Shown here: piece by piece, positions 1 through 8,375 of the stretch
Numbering within the stretch: the stretch's first letter is position 1
How the letters are laid out: each line of letters begins with the position of its first letter
From: Terriglobales bacterium
GTDB lineage: Bacteria > Acidobacteriota > Terriglobia > Terriglobales > Acidobacteriaceae
Length of the DNA stretch: 64,000 bases
Assembly (NCBI GenBank): GCA_038211475.1
Contig: JBBQVN010000005.1
Span: 4,863 to 68,862, forward strand
Direction: 5' to 3'
The notes under the pieces: model-generated
Seen by the model: only the letters and a program-made list of their open reading frames with translations
What the model was told of the DNA's origin: nothing
Database searches by the model: none
Made by a program: the position numbers and the translations under genes

Positions 1-433
1 TACGGTCGGGGATGACTCGAGGGAGGATCGGGGGGTGAGGTCCAGTACACTCCAGAACCGACGGTCTTGGACCTGCGGCGGGCAAAAATCAGGAAGCCGA
101 CTGCCCGAAGCCTCAACCACTCAGGCGCGGAGGTCAACCAGGTCGGCGTCCCCAGAATTGCAAATTAGAACTGCATCTAACTCGAAGGGTGTCGCGTGGA
201 GTTCATCAGGCGCGCTGTACATCTTGCGGGGTACGTCTTGCGGGACCTCGTCGTATAGTTTCGCCGTGGACGTTTTAATGTTGCGTTCCGTGGCTGCGCC
301 GATGGGAGCGGAGTGGGCGGAGTGGGACGGGCGCGCTGAGTTGACCGTTGGGAAGGTGCTCTACAGACATAACCAGACATGGTTGGCGACCTGACTAAAT
401 AGGTGACACGCATGTCTTGGTGCGCGAAAGGAA

Positions 434-691
434 TTAGGGCGTCTTCGGCTTGGGGACGACCGCTTCCGGCCCCGCCTCGACCGTGACTTCTACCGCGGCC
501 CCCGGTTTTAACTGCACCTCATTGCCATTCTCGTCCTTGAGGGTGTTCTCGATTCGAATTTCCTTGTAGAGATGGTCAGCACCTTCAACCGTGATCTGAG
601 CTTTGTCGGGTTCTGTCGGGAGGGGAGATTTGATAATTTTCTCGACTGTTCCGGGCATGGTGGTGCCGGCGTTGTCCGAGTTGTCGGCCAT
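434..691 (-). CDS. small hypothetical protein (85 aa), acidic/Lys-rich, no recognised domain
   Basis: Internal ATG (complement of 689-691) of track ORF 434..832 gives MADNSDNAGTTMPGTVEKIIKSPLPTEPDKAQITVEGADHLYKEIRIENTLKDENGNEV... An AAGGA SD-like motif lies ~7 nt upstream. The 47 upstream codons are Arg/Gly-rich and look non-coding. Confidence 0.6.
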   Translation of the reverse strand: MADNSDNAGTTMPGTVEKIIKSPLPTEPDKAQITVEGADHLYKEIRIENTLKDENGNEVQLKPGAAVEVTVEAGPEAVVPKPKTP

Positions 692-856
692 AACTATTCC
701 TTTTGGAGAAAAAGGCCCGAGAGGGCCGGATTTCCTTGCACTGCGCCCAGTATACAACAGGCGCCTCGCGTTCCTTCGCTTCGCGCCGCCGGAAAAGCCT
801 TGCCCAAATCGCGGGCGCGACCGCTCTTTCAAATGCGCCGGCCAATCCCGTTAGAG

Positions 857-985
857 AATTGTCATCCCGATAGAATTTGTCATCCCGAACGAAGTGAGGG
901 ATCCGCAGTAACAATTGTCGTCCCGAACGCAGTGAGAGATCCGCAGTACCAATTATCACCGAACGAAGTGAGGGACCTGCCGTTG
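857..985. repeat. tandem 38-bp REP-like intergenic repeat (about 3.5 copies)
   Basis: Head-to-tail units at 875-912, 913-950 and 951-~985, plus a partial copy at 857-874. Core is GTCATCCCGAACGAAGTGAGGGATCCGCAGTA, and each unit carries an ATCCC/GGGAT inverted repeat. There are no unique spacers. Confidence 0.7.
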
Positions 986-1035
986 CTGCCACCACCAAGT
1001 GATCCACCAAAGCGATCCCCCACTAACCAAAACGT

Positions 1036-1722
1036 TTAGACCGCCTGAGAAGTCTGCAGCGTCTGGCCTTCGATTGGCGTACGCATGGGCGCTGACTTCG
1101 ACGGCGACTTCTCCGTGCTCGAGCGCCGAGTGAGGCCGCTCATTCCGCTTAGGCCCATGAGCTCTCGCATCCGCGCTTTCGCTTTGTGGAGTTGAGACTT
1201 GGAGTTGCCGACCGAGCACGAACGCAGGCGGGCGATTTCGTGGTGTTCGTAACCTTTGACTTCGTGCAACAGCAAAATAGAGCGGTAGCCCGCGGGTAGC
1301 TCCTTCATGGCGCGTGCCAGCGCGATCCGGTCGATCGTAGCCGCCAGCCCTTCGTCCACTCTTCCGTGCTCGCGTTTGGGCGCATTGGCTTCGGTATTCA
1401 CCGGCTCGTCGATCGAGATATCCCTGCGACCCTTCTTGCGAAAATGCATTAAAACCGTGTTCACCGCCACGCGATGGAGCCAGGTCGAAAGCGTGGAGTC
1501 TCCGCGAAAGCTCGACAATTTTCGGAAGGCTTGCAAAAACGCATCCTGGGCAAGATCTTCGGCTTCAGCAGTATTGCTCGTCATTCGAAGGCAAAGAGAA
1601 TAGATCTTGGCCTTGTGAGCATTAAATAGGGCGGCGAAGGCATCGGCGTCTCCCTGTTGGGCCAATCGAACCAGCTCCAAATCCGATTTGCGCTCTGCTG
1701 CTGCGTTAAGACTGTTTGCCAT
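1036..1722 (-). CDS. ECF-type RNA polymerase sigma-70 family factor with ~45-aa low-complexity C-terminal tail
   Basis: Region 2 (DAFAALFNAHKAKIYSLCLRMTSNTAEAEDLAQDAFLQAFRKLSSFRGDSTLSTWLHRVAVN) and region 4 (LPAGYRSILLLHEVKGYEHHEIARLRSCSVGNSKSQLHKAKARMREL) are present. AAGGAG lies upstream of the ATG. Confidence 0.9.
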   Translation of the reverse strand: MANSLNAAAERKSDLELVRLAQQGDADAFAALFNAHKAKIYSLCLRMTSNTAEAEDLAQDAFLQAFRKLSSFRGDSTLSTWLHRVAVNTVLMHFRKKGRRDISIDEPVNTEANAPKREHGRVDEGLAATIDRIALARAMKELPAGYRSILLLHEVKGYEHHEIARLRSCSVGNSKSQLHKAKARMRELMGLSGMSGLTRRSSTEKSPSKSAPMRTPIEGQTLQTSQAV

Positions 1723-2017
1723 TTGCGTTCTCCTTGGTACGATCTAAAAGTTCGACTTCCTACGTCCATGAGCAGAGTAAACGCGGGGAGAATGGCGGGC
1801 CATCCGTAATGCGCCCTACCTCAGTGGATTCATTACTGTAAGGAGGACTGCAGAAGAACGAGAGATAAGCGTCCAATTGGGTCGAACTGTAGAAACATTT
1901 TAGGGTTGGATACGTGGAAGTCGGAGGGTAACTACAGATTTGACCGTATGGCGTGGTGGACGAGGGGTAGGTATCTTGGCCTTACTACACACGTCTTTTG
2001 TTTTTCCATTCTTTTCA

Positions 2018-2072
2018 GGGCAAGTGCTGGGCTGCTGACAAAGCGGACAAGCACTTGCCCCTCGCCTTTTTT
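2018..2072 (+). terminator. orphan intrinsic-terminator-like hairpin
   Basis: Perfect 11-bp stem GGGCAAGTGCT (2018-2028) / AGCACTTGCCC (2050-2060) with a 21-nt loop, followed by CTCGCC and a T6 run (2067-2072). No convincing plus-strand CDS lies upstream. The T-tract is 6 nt from the stem, so this is only moderate. Confidence 0.35.
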
Positions 2073-2605
2073 GGCGGCCGCTCCATTAAACTCAAGCTCC
2101 AACCAGATTTGAAACTCCAACCAATTGTGAAGAGAAGACGTCACGAAAGCGGCGGAAGCGGCGCTTAAAATTCGGGTGGGTGCGGCATATCCGGAGCAGG
2201 CGCCGGTTACGATCATCGCTTCAGCGCGATAAAACATTCCAGGCGCTTCATTTCTTATGCGCTTCGTTATGCCGGTGCTTCATTGGCCGAAACCACACGA
2301 CCTGGACCGTGAGCCAAAAACAGACCAAACCCCTTCTTTTAGCTATAAGGCCAGGAGTAATATTTACGCTCAAAGCCAGATTTGGCATTTAAACGGGCCT
2401 AGGCCATCGGGGGTGCCTTCGGATGACCTTGAGGCCCACTCCGAGCCCGGCAGCCCCGCCACGACCCCCTAGCGCTAAGCAAATGGCCATTCTAGGACAG
2501 GCACAAGACCCGCTTTGCGGTTATAAAATCGCCCGTTTAGCCGCTTCTGGGCCACGATCGCGCTAAGTCTTTTAGAATCAACAAATTACTATGGTTGCCG
2601 GAAAG

Positions 2606-3310
2606 TTATGCAGTTGGGCCTTCGGACGGCTCAATGTCCATCAGCGGAACCTGGACCTGGATGATGTTGTTTTGTATCGCATACACGACAATATCCCGAA
2701 TAGAGTGAAAGTCGAGTTTGCGCATGATGTTGCTGCGATGAGTCTCCGCCGTCTTGGTACTCAGGTTAAGCAGAACTGCTACCTCTTTGGAGCTCTTCCC
2801 CTCAGCCAGAAGCTGAACCACCTCACGTTCCCTCGGGGTCAGTGTGGGCACCTTCGGAGATTCGGTATTTCCGGAGTTGTGGCCCCGGTCGAGGAAACCC
2901 GCAAGCACCATATCGTTTACGCGCGGCGTGAAGAACATGCGTTTCCGCTGTAGCGCTTCGACTGCAGATACCAGATCTGTGGCTGCATCCGATTTCAATA
3001 CGAAACCGCGAGCCCCGGCATCTAAGGCTTCCCGAATCACTTGGTCCGAATCGGTGATGGTCAAAACGATGACCTTCTGGCTGGGGTTCTGTTGGATCAA
3101 TTGGCGGGTGGCTTCCAACCCGTTGAGTTTGGGCATGCCCACGTCCAAGATCACGATATCGGGTTTCAACTGCTTGGCCATTTCGACGACCTCACGGCCA
3201 TCCCTAGCCTCGCCGCAGATCTCCCAATCCCGCGCCTGCAGCAGCGCACAAAGGCCGCGCCGTACCAATTCGTGATCGTCCGCTATCAAAATTCGCAGTT
3301 TCATTTGCAC
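2606..3310 (-). CDS. NarL/LuxR-family two-component response regulator (REC + GerE HTH)
   Basis: REC domain: LRILIADDHELVRRGL...DIVILDVGMPKLNG. C-terminal HTH: LTPREREVVQLLAEGKSSKEVAVLLNLSTKTAETHRSNIMRKL. Confidence 0.92.
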   Translation of the reverse strand: MQMKLRILIADDHELVRRGLCALLQARDWEICGEARDGREVVEMAKQLKPDIVILDVGMPKLNGLEATRQLIQQNPSQKVIVLTITDSDQVIREALDAGARGFVLKSDAATDLVSAVEALQRKRMFFTPRVNDMVLAGFLDRGHNSGNTESPKVPTLTPREREVVQLLAEGKSSKEVAVLLNLSTKTAETHRSNIMRKLDFHSIRDIVVYAIQNNIIQVQVPLMDIEPSEGPTA

Positions 3311-3392
3311 TCCTCCCGGGCGCTTCCAAAACCTTACAGCTCTTCAGCTTGCATACTACAGCCGATTGCCGGTCTGTTCACTAAGAATCTGC

Positions 3393-3886
3393 TCAGCCAA
3401 AATCTGAGGGCGGCCCCAGGTCGGTCGCTGCAGACGAGATATGCTTGCAAGCCGACTCTATGGCCGCTGGCAAGTCTCCGGCCACATTCGCCTTCACGAC
3501 ATAGCTTCGTGCACCGGCACCCAGCGCTTCCCGTCGCATTTGTGCAGAATCGTGCTGGGTGACGATCACGACTTCCGATTTCGGCAGGTCCCTCCGGATC
3601 CGCCGGCACGCTTCCAAGCCATCCATTCGAGGCATGGTAATGTCGAGCACCACAATATCCGCTTCAACTGTAGCGCCTTCTCCACAGCCTCAATGCCATC
3701 TTCAGCTTCGGCGACAATTTCCCATTCGGGATGACTGCCGAGCAGAGTTCTTAATCCGCGCCGCATGGCGGGATGGTCGTCCACAATTAAAATTCGGCAC
3801 AGCATCAAATTTGCAATCCCTGGGCTGTTAATCGGCACGGCACTATTTTGACTGCTAGCTTCGGGGGACGGGCTGTTCTCTGACAT
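3393..3886 (-). pseudogene. stand-alone REC-domain response regulator interrupted by a 1-nt frameshift
   Basis: Track ORFs 3566..3919 (…RILIVDDHPAMRRGLRTLLGSHPEWEIVAEAEDGIEAVEKALQLK) and 3393..3653 (VVLDITMPRMDGLEACRRIRRDLPKSEVVIVTQHDSAQMRREALGAGARSYVVKA…) are two halves of one REC domain in different frames. Restoring one C in AAG-C(C)G-GAT at ~3659-3661 gives the expected LK-PD-IVVLD junction. Confidence 0.75.
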
Positions 3887-3915
3887 CGGCGCCAGCTTTG
3901 CATAGTCGGGGTTTC

Positions 3916-5340
3916 TCACAGTTGCGCCGAGCCGGTTACCGGTATGGCCACGCGCACCGACGTGCCATTGCCGTCAGATACAAGGCCCAGCTTCCCACCC
4001 AGCTCCCACGCTCGTTCGCGAATTCCCGCGAGTCCGACGCCCATTCCAGCGCCTGTGGTATGGAAATTCGCCAGCTGCTCTTCCGAGATCCCGCGCCCAT
4101 CGTCTCTTACTTCCAAAACCACCTCCTCAGCGTGAGTGCTGACGGAGACGTGAGCTTGCGAAGCGCCGGAATGGCGATGCACATTGGTGAGTGCTTCCTG
4201 AAGTACGCGGAAAAGTGCAATTTCGACGGCCTCAGACAAGCGGCTGACACCGCTGGGCACATCCAGCGATACTTTGATTCCACTGCGCTGGGCAAAGCCG
4301 TCCACGAACCAACTAGCGGCCGAAGCAAACCCCGCCGCGTCAATGGTCGGGGGATGAAGCAGGTAAGAAAGCGTTCTCACTTCCGAAATGCATTGCTGCA
4401 CCAGCTGTTCGATTTCCGGCAACAATTCCGGATGCCCGGGAGCCTGTTGCATGAGGTCCACATTGAGCTTCAATGCCGTCAGGTATTGGCCCAGGCTGTC
4501 GTGCAGTTCACGCGCTATGCGGCGACGTTCCCCGTCCTGCAAGGTCAACAAACGAGAGGAAAGCTGCCGTAGTGCAACCGTCCGCTGCTCCACCAGTGAT
4601 TCCAGCTGCGCCTTGGTTTTGCGTAATGCTTCTTCGACGAGACGGCGCTCCGCAACCTCGGCTTCGAGGGCTTGCGCTTTCTGCTGCAAGCGAGAAACGC
4701 TGCGACTGCGCTCCTGCTCGCTGACCAGCGTCGTGTGGCTCTCAACCGGTATTACATGCGAGTGTTCCGAGCATATTCTGAGAAACGAGTCGCCGTGCTC
4801 TTCTCGGTTAAAGGCGCTGATCGGATAGGCGCAGCGGAGAGTCAGAGGGTACGTCTTGGCCAAGTCATTCCACAGTTGTTCGAGGTGAATCGCCGCCTCA
4901 GCGTCCCCTCGCTCCCACAATAGAGAGACCATCTCGCCGAAGGCGGCTACGCGTGGAGTCTTTCCCTGGGCAGCCACTGCAGCTTGCGCCAAGGCAGTCC
5001 CGATGACCTTGCCGAAACGGGCGGCGTCAGGCCACCCCTCCCGCATGAACCGCTCCAAAGTCTGGGCGGCGTCGAAAGACTTGTAACGGCCCTGCGCAAT
5101 TGCATTGGTTGCATTAAAACCGCGGGCCTGAAGGCGCTGCATCAACCCCTCTCGGTGGGCCTTGGTGCCAATGACGACCGCAGAATCTCCAGCCATCAGA
5201 GCGGCGCCAATAAAAGCGCTCAGTTCATCCAGGAGAAAGGAATCCTCGCCATAAAACTGCACAGAATGCGCTTGATGTGCTACTTCGAGGAGGTGTGGAG
5301 GCAAGAGGTTTGGCGGAACTTCACTACTGGCGATATTCAT
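3916..5340 (-). CDS. sensor histidine kinase with N-terminal MEDS domain, HisKA_3 and HATPase_c (NarX/DegS type)
   Basis: MEDS-like N-terminus: HSVQFYGEDSFLLDELSAFIGAALMAGDSAVVIGTKAHREGL. A coiled-coil linker follows. H-box is ERRRIARELHDSLGQYLTALKL, and the ATPase G-boxes are DDGRGI…GMGVGLAGIRERA. Confidence 0.9.
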   Translation of the reverse strand: MNIASSEVPPNLLPPHLLEVAHQAHSVQFYGEDSFLLDELSAFIGAALMAGDSAVVIGTKAHREGLMQRLQARGFNATNAIAQGRYKSFDAAQTLERFMREGWPDAARFGKVIGTALAQAAVAAQGKTPRVAAFGEMVSLLWERGDAEAAIHLEQLWNDLAKTYPLTLRCAYPISAFNREEHGDSFLRICSEHSHVIPVESHTTLVSEQERSRSVSRLQQKAQALEAEVAERRLVEEALRKTKAQLESLVEQRTVALRQLSSRLLTLQDGERRRIARELHDSLGQYLTALKLNVDLMQQAPGHPELLPEIEQLVQQCISEVRTLSYLLHPPTIDAAGFASAASWFVDGFAQRSGIKVSLDVPSGVSRLSEAVEIALFRVLQEALTNVHRHSGASQAHVSVSTHAEEVVLEVRDDGRGISEEQLANFHTTGAGMGVGLAGIRERAWELGGKLGLVSDGNGTSVRVAIPVTGSAQL

Positions 5341-5576
5341 CTCTGTCCTCGCAACCGAGACTTCTCTGCCTGTGTCAATTGTGGCCAGCGCAAAATGCGG
5401 CGGCGGCAGAATCTTATTTACTTCAGTGTGGGAGTTTAGTATTGATAAGGGATTCGTGCGATACAGGAAATCCTGTATTCGTTGGGGCTCGAGCGCTCCG
5501 GTACAGGGCGAGCCTGTGTTAAGAGCAGCCTTTTTGGGGGGTCGTCACAGTCGACGAAACTTCGGGTCCACAACCA

Positions 5577-5994
5577 TCAAACGACGAAATAGGTTTCCTG
5601 GCGCAGCAATGCTTCTACGGCGTCTACTACTGAGTTGGTATCCGTTTTTACACATGCCCCCCGGATGCCAGCCCTACGAGCCTCATCGGAAAGCTGTTTT
5701 TGAGAGGTAAAGAGTGAGCATCAGGATGGGTATTCGCGGAGAGAGCTGCGTAATTATGCGAGCTGCCTCCAGGCCATTCAACTCGGGCATCTGGAAATCG
5801 AGGACGATGACGTCCGGTTGAACCTGGTGGAACCGATCGACTGCGTCTTGACCATCTCGAGCTTCATCACAGACGCACCAGCCTTTATGCTCCTCCAGAA
5901 GCCCGCGGAGATGGCGCCGAACCGACGCATTGTCGTCCACGACCAGAATTCGGGTCACACTGTCGCGGTTCGGTGCCGCACCGAGAAACTGCAT
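5577..5994 (-). pseudogene. stand-alone REC-domain response regulator interrupted by a frameshift at a homopolymer
   Basis: Track ORF 5683..5994 (RILVVDDNASVRRHLRGLL…DVIVLDFQMPELNGLEAARIITQLSPRIPILMLTLY) stops prematurely. The rest of the REC fold (SQKQLSDEARRAGIRGACVKTDTNSVVDAVEALLRQETYFVV*) continues in the adjacent frame down to the stop at 5577-5579. The switch lies at the A5/T5 run at 5697-5701. Confidence 0.7.
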
Positions 5995-6143
5995 AAACAG
6001 AAGTTAAACCCGGTCCTAAGGCACAGCAATACATCGAACGCCCCATCTAGGGGGGTCATTGGAGGGTAGGCCGGGACGGAGTTACATCGCATCGCTTAAC
6101 GGAAATCGCTAGACGGGATCGCTGGACAGCTTCGGTGTCCGCC

Positions 6144-7451
6144 TCAGGGGATCAATAGCCCGATGGAGACTATGAACATGGTTACGGTGCCTACCCACCC
6201 CAGGAGCTTCAGTCCCCAAGGCAAAGTAAATTGTCCCATCACTTTCTGATTCGAGGACATCAACATGATGACAATCATGAGCGGGCCTGCCACCACTCCA
6301 TTGACAATCGCGGCCCAGAACAGGGCGCGGATGGGATTGAGTCCCAGGAATGTCAGCATGACACCGACGACCGTTACCGCGGAAAGTATGGCGTAGAAAC
6401 CTTTGGCCTGCTCCGGCTTACGCTCCAGGCTGGCATGCCAATGGAACGCTTCCCCGACGCCATACGCGGCCGACCCGGCCAGCACGGGAACAGCGAGCAG
6501 TCCAGTACCCACAATGCCCACGAGGAAGAGAAGGGAGGCCAGACGTCCGGCTACCGGTTCCAGGGCCTTCGCCGCTTCGGCGGCGGTTGACACTTGAGTG
6601 ATGCCATTGGCGTGCAAGGTGACGGCAGCTGTGAGGATGATAAAAAAAGCGACTCCATTGGAAAAAGCCATGCCGATTAAGGTGTCCCACCGGATACGCT
6701 CAAGCTGGGGCGTGGCTTGGCGAGGGGCTTTTTTTAGCGGTTCCTCACCGGGAGTGGTGGTAACTTCCTCCACTTCTTGCGACGCCTGCCATAAGAAGAG
6801 GTAGGGAGAAATGGTCGTTCCCAAAACTGCAACCAAGGCGGCGAAATACTCTTTGCTCACTAAGAAAGGGGGTCGCACAACGGATACGACCACGAGAGCC
6901 CAGGGTATGTGCACGAAAAAAACCGTGCCGACATAGGCAAACAGTGTGATGGTAAGCCATTTCAAATAGCGGACATAGCTGGTGTAAGGTACCAGGACTT
7001 GCATGCCCAGGCACAGAAGCCCAAAACTGACGCTGTAGAGCCAGATGGGGCCGGGCAAAATGAGAGTAGCCGCCGCCGCCATGGCGCCGATGTCAGCCCC
7101 TAGATTGATGACATTGGCGGCCACGACCAAGCCAACCATGCTGTATAGAAGCCAACGGGGATAATGTTGACGAAGGTTGGCGGCAATCCCACGCCCGGTG
7201 ACGCGTCCGATTCGCGCGCTGATCTCCTGAATCCCCGCCATCAACGGATACGAAAATAGCATGGTCCAGAGCATGCCCAGGCCGAACTGAGCGCCGACTT
7301 GGGAATAGGTACCGATGCCGCTGGGGTCGTCGTCAGATGCGCCGGTGATGAGGCCGGGACCCAACTTCTGAAGCAGCGTCGTCGGGTGGCTTGGGACGGA
7401 ACCGCCGCCGCGAGAAGGAGTTTGCTTGAAGGACATGAAATGGGTCGCCAA
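6144..7451 (-). CDS. NRAMP-family metal cation transporter with non-canonical binding-site motifs
   Basis: About 11 TM segments. The TM1 motif is ITGASDDDPSGIGTYS (DPSG instead of DPGN). The TM6 motif is GTTISPYLFLWQ (ISPY instead of VMPH). Confidence 0.9.
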   Translation of the reverse strand: MATHFMSFKQTPSRGGGSVPSHPTTLLQKLGPGLITGASDDDPSGIGTYSQVGAQFGLGMLWTMLFSYPLMAGIQEISARIGRVTGRGIAANLRQHYPRWLLYSMVGLVVAANVINLGADIGAMAAAATLILPGPIWLYSVSFGLLCLGMQVLVPYTSYVRYLKWLTITLFAYVGTVFFVHIPWALVVVSVVRPPFLVSKEYFAALVAVLGTTISPYLFLWQASQEVEEVTTTPGEEPLKKAPRQATPQLERIRWDTLIGMAFSNGVAFFIILTAAVTLHANGITQVSTAAEAAKALEPVAGRLASLLFLVGIVGTGLLAVPVLAGSAAYGVGEAFHWHASLERKPEQAKGFYAILSAVTVVGVMLTFLGLNPIRALFWAAIVNGVVAGPLMIVIMLMSSNQKVMGQFTLPWGLKLLGWVGTVTMFIVSIGLLIP

Positions 7452-7617
7452 GTATTGTGGAAACTAATCTAGAAAAAGTCAACCCGCTCTTTTCGTTCGT
7501 CACAGCGTTATCAGGGCAAAAATTAACGGCGACAAAAAAGGGGAGCATTAGCGCGAAACGACCCTGAATTCGTTCGCGCCGATGCTCTCCAACAGTGTGG
7601 AAGCTTTCTAGTGATCC

Positions 7618-8375
7618 TCACTTGGTGGTTGCCGCTTGATCCTTAGACTGGCTGGAATATTTTTTCACCGTCGCCAGAAAAGGCTCGCTGGCAGCGGGTG
7701 CTGGAACTTCGCCGCCCAAGATCGTCGCGAATGGTACCATCTTCCCAAAAAGTGCACTGGTGTCGTCCTTGTCCTGTTCGATCACAGCGCCCGACAAATC
7801 GATACCGGCAAAAACTCCTCGCGCCCGGGAGTAGGTCAGCACTTCCGCCGACATCTTGACGTCGGTAGCGGCCGTCGCGTCGCGACCTACGGGTCCCGCC
7901 GCAGCGGAGGCGCCCACTCCCAGCTTAAATTTGCTGGAAAGCATGTGCTGCATACCCTGGTCGTTGGTTACCACCATTACGAGATCCACCGCCTGGCCGC
8001 CGAGCTGCAGACCCCAGCTGCCGCCGGTGACGGTGATGGGCGCGGGGGCGCTCCAGCCGTTGGCTGTGCGGCACGTGGCCACACCCTTCCATGGTTGCCG
8101 CCGAAGCCTACAGCGATTTTAACCATAGAGGGGACGACGGCGATGCATTTGGCACCCTCCATAATGGTGTTGGGGATGGCCTTATCGGGGGTACCCATTA
8201 TTTCGTTCAACACATGAGACGAGTTGTCCAGACGCTTTGCAATTCCGGACTCGTTGTCATCTGCGGCCCAGCTCACGCTGCAAGCTAGAAGCGCCAAGGC
8301 CGAGATCGCCAGAAGACGTGGTATTACGGCTGTCACGGTCGTCTTTTTAAGATTCGTTTCCATGTTCATGGGCAA
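7618..8375 (-). pseudogene. SYLF (Ysc84/DUF500) lipid-binding domain protein with signal peptide, interrupted by a 1-nt frameshift
   Basis: ORF 7977..8375 (…AKCIAVVPSMVKIAVGFGGNHG) and ORF 7618..8082 (VATCRTANGWSAPAPITVTGGSWGLQLGGQAVDLVMVVTNDQGM…) join as GFGGNHG-KG-VATCRTANGW if one base is restored in GGA(A)AGGGT at ~8084-8092. Confidence 0.75.

Noticed and set aside
35-413. Track ORFs 35..394 (+) and 177..413 (-) at the window start. A third minus-strand frame (about 127-365) reads protein-like (…NIKTSTAKLYDEVPQDVPRKMYSAPDELHATPFELDAVLICNSGDADLVDLRA*).
   Set aside because: The listed ORFs are Arg/Ser/Pro-rich with no RBS. The protein-like frame has no ATG/GTG/TTG start before its last 33 codons. 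At best it is a gene remnant, and I cannot support a feature here.
857-985. Possible CRISPR array, given the regularly spaced ~38-bp repeats.
   Set aside because: The units are directly contiguous with no unique spacers, they diverge progressively, and no cas genes are present. This is a tandem REP-like repeat.
1725-1760. ECF-promoter-like GGAAG…CGTA directly upstream of the sigma gene at 1036..1722.
   Set aside because: The spacer is only ~14 nt, and the -10-like element would sit 17 nt from the ATG, overlapping the RBS. The geometry is not plausible.
1906-2472. ORFs 1906..2112 (+), 1932..2237 (-), 2180..2392 (+) and 2257..2472 (+) in the gene-poor gap.
   Set aside because: They have no RBS, odd composition and mutual overlaps. 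One runs through the terminator hairpin.
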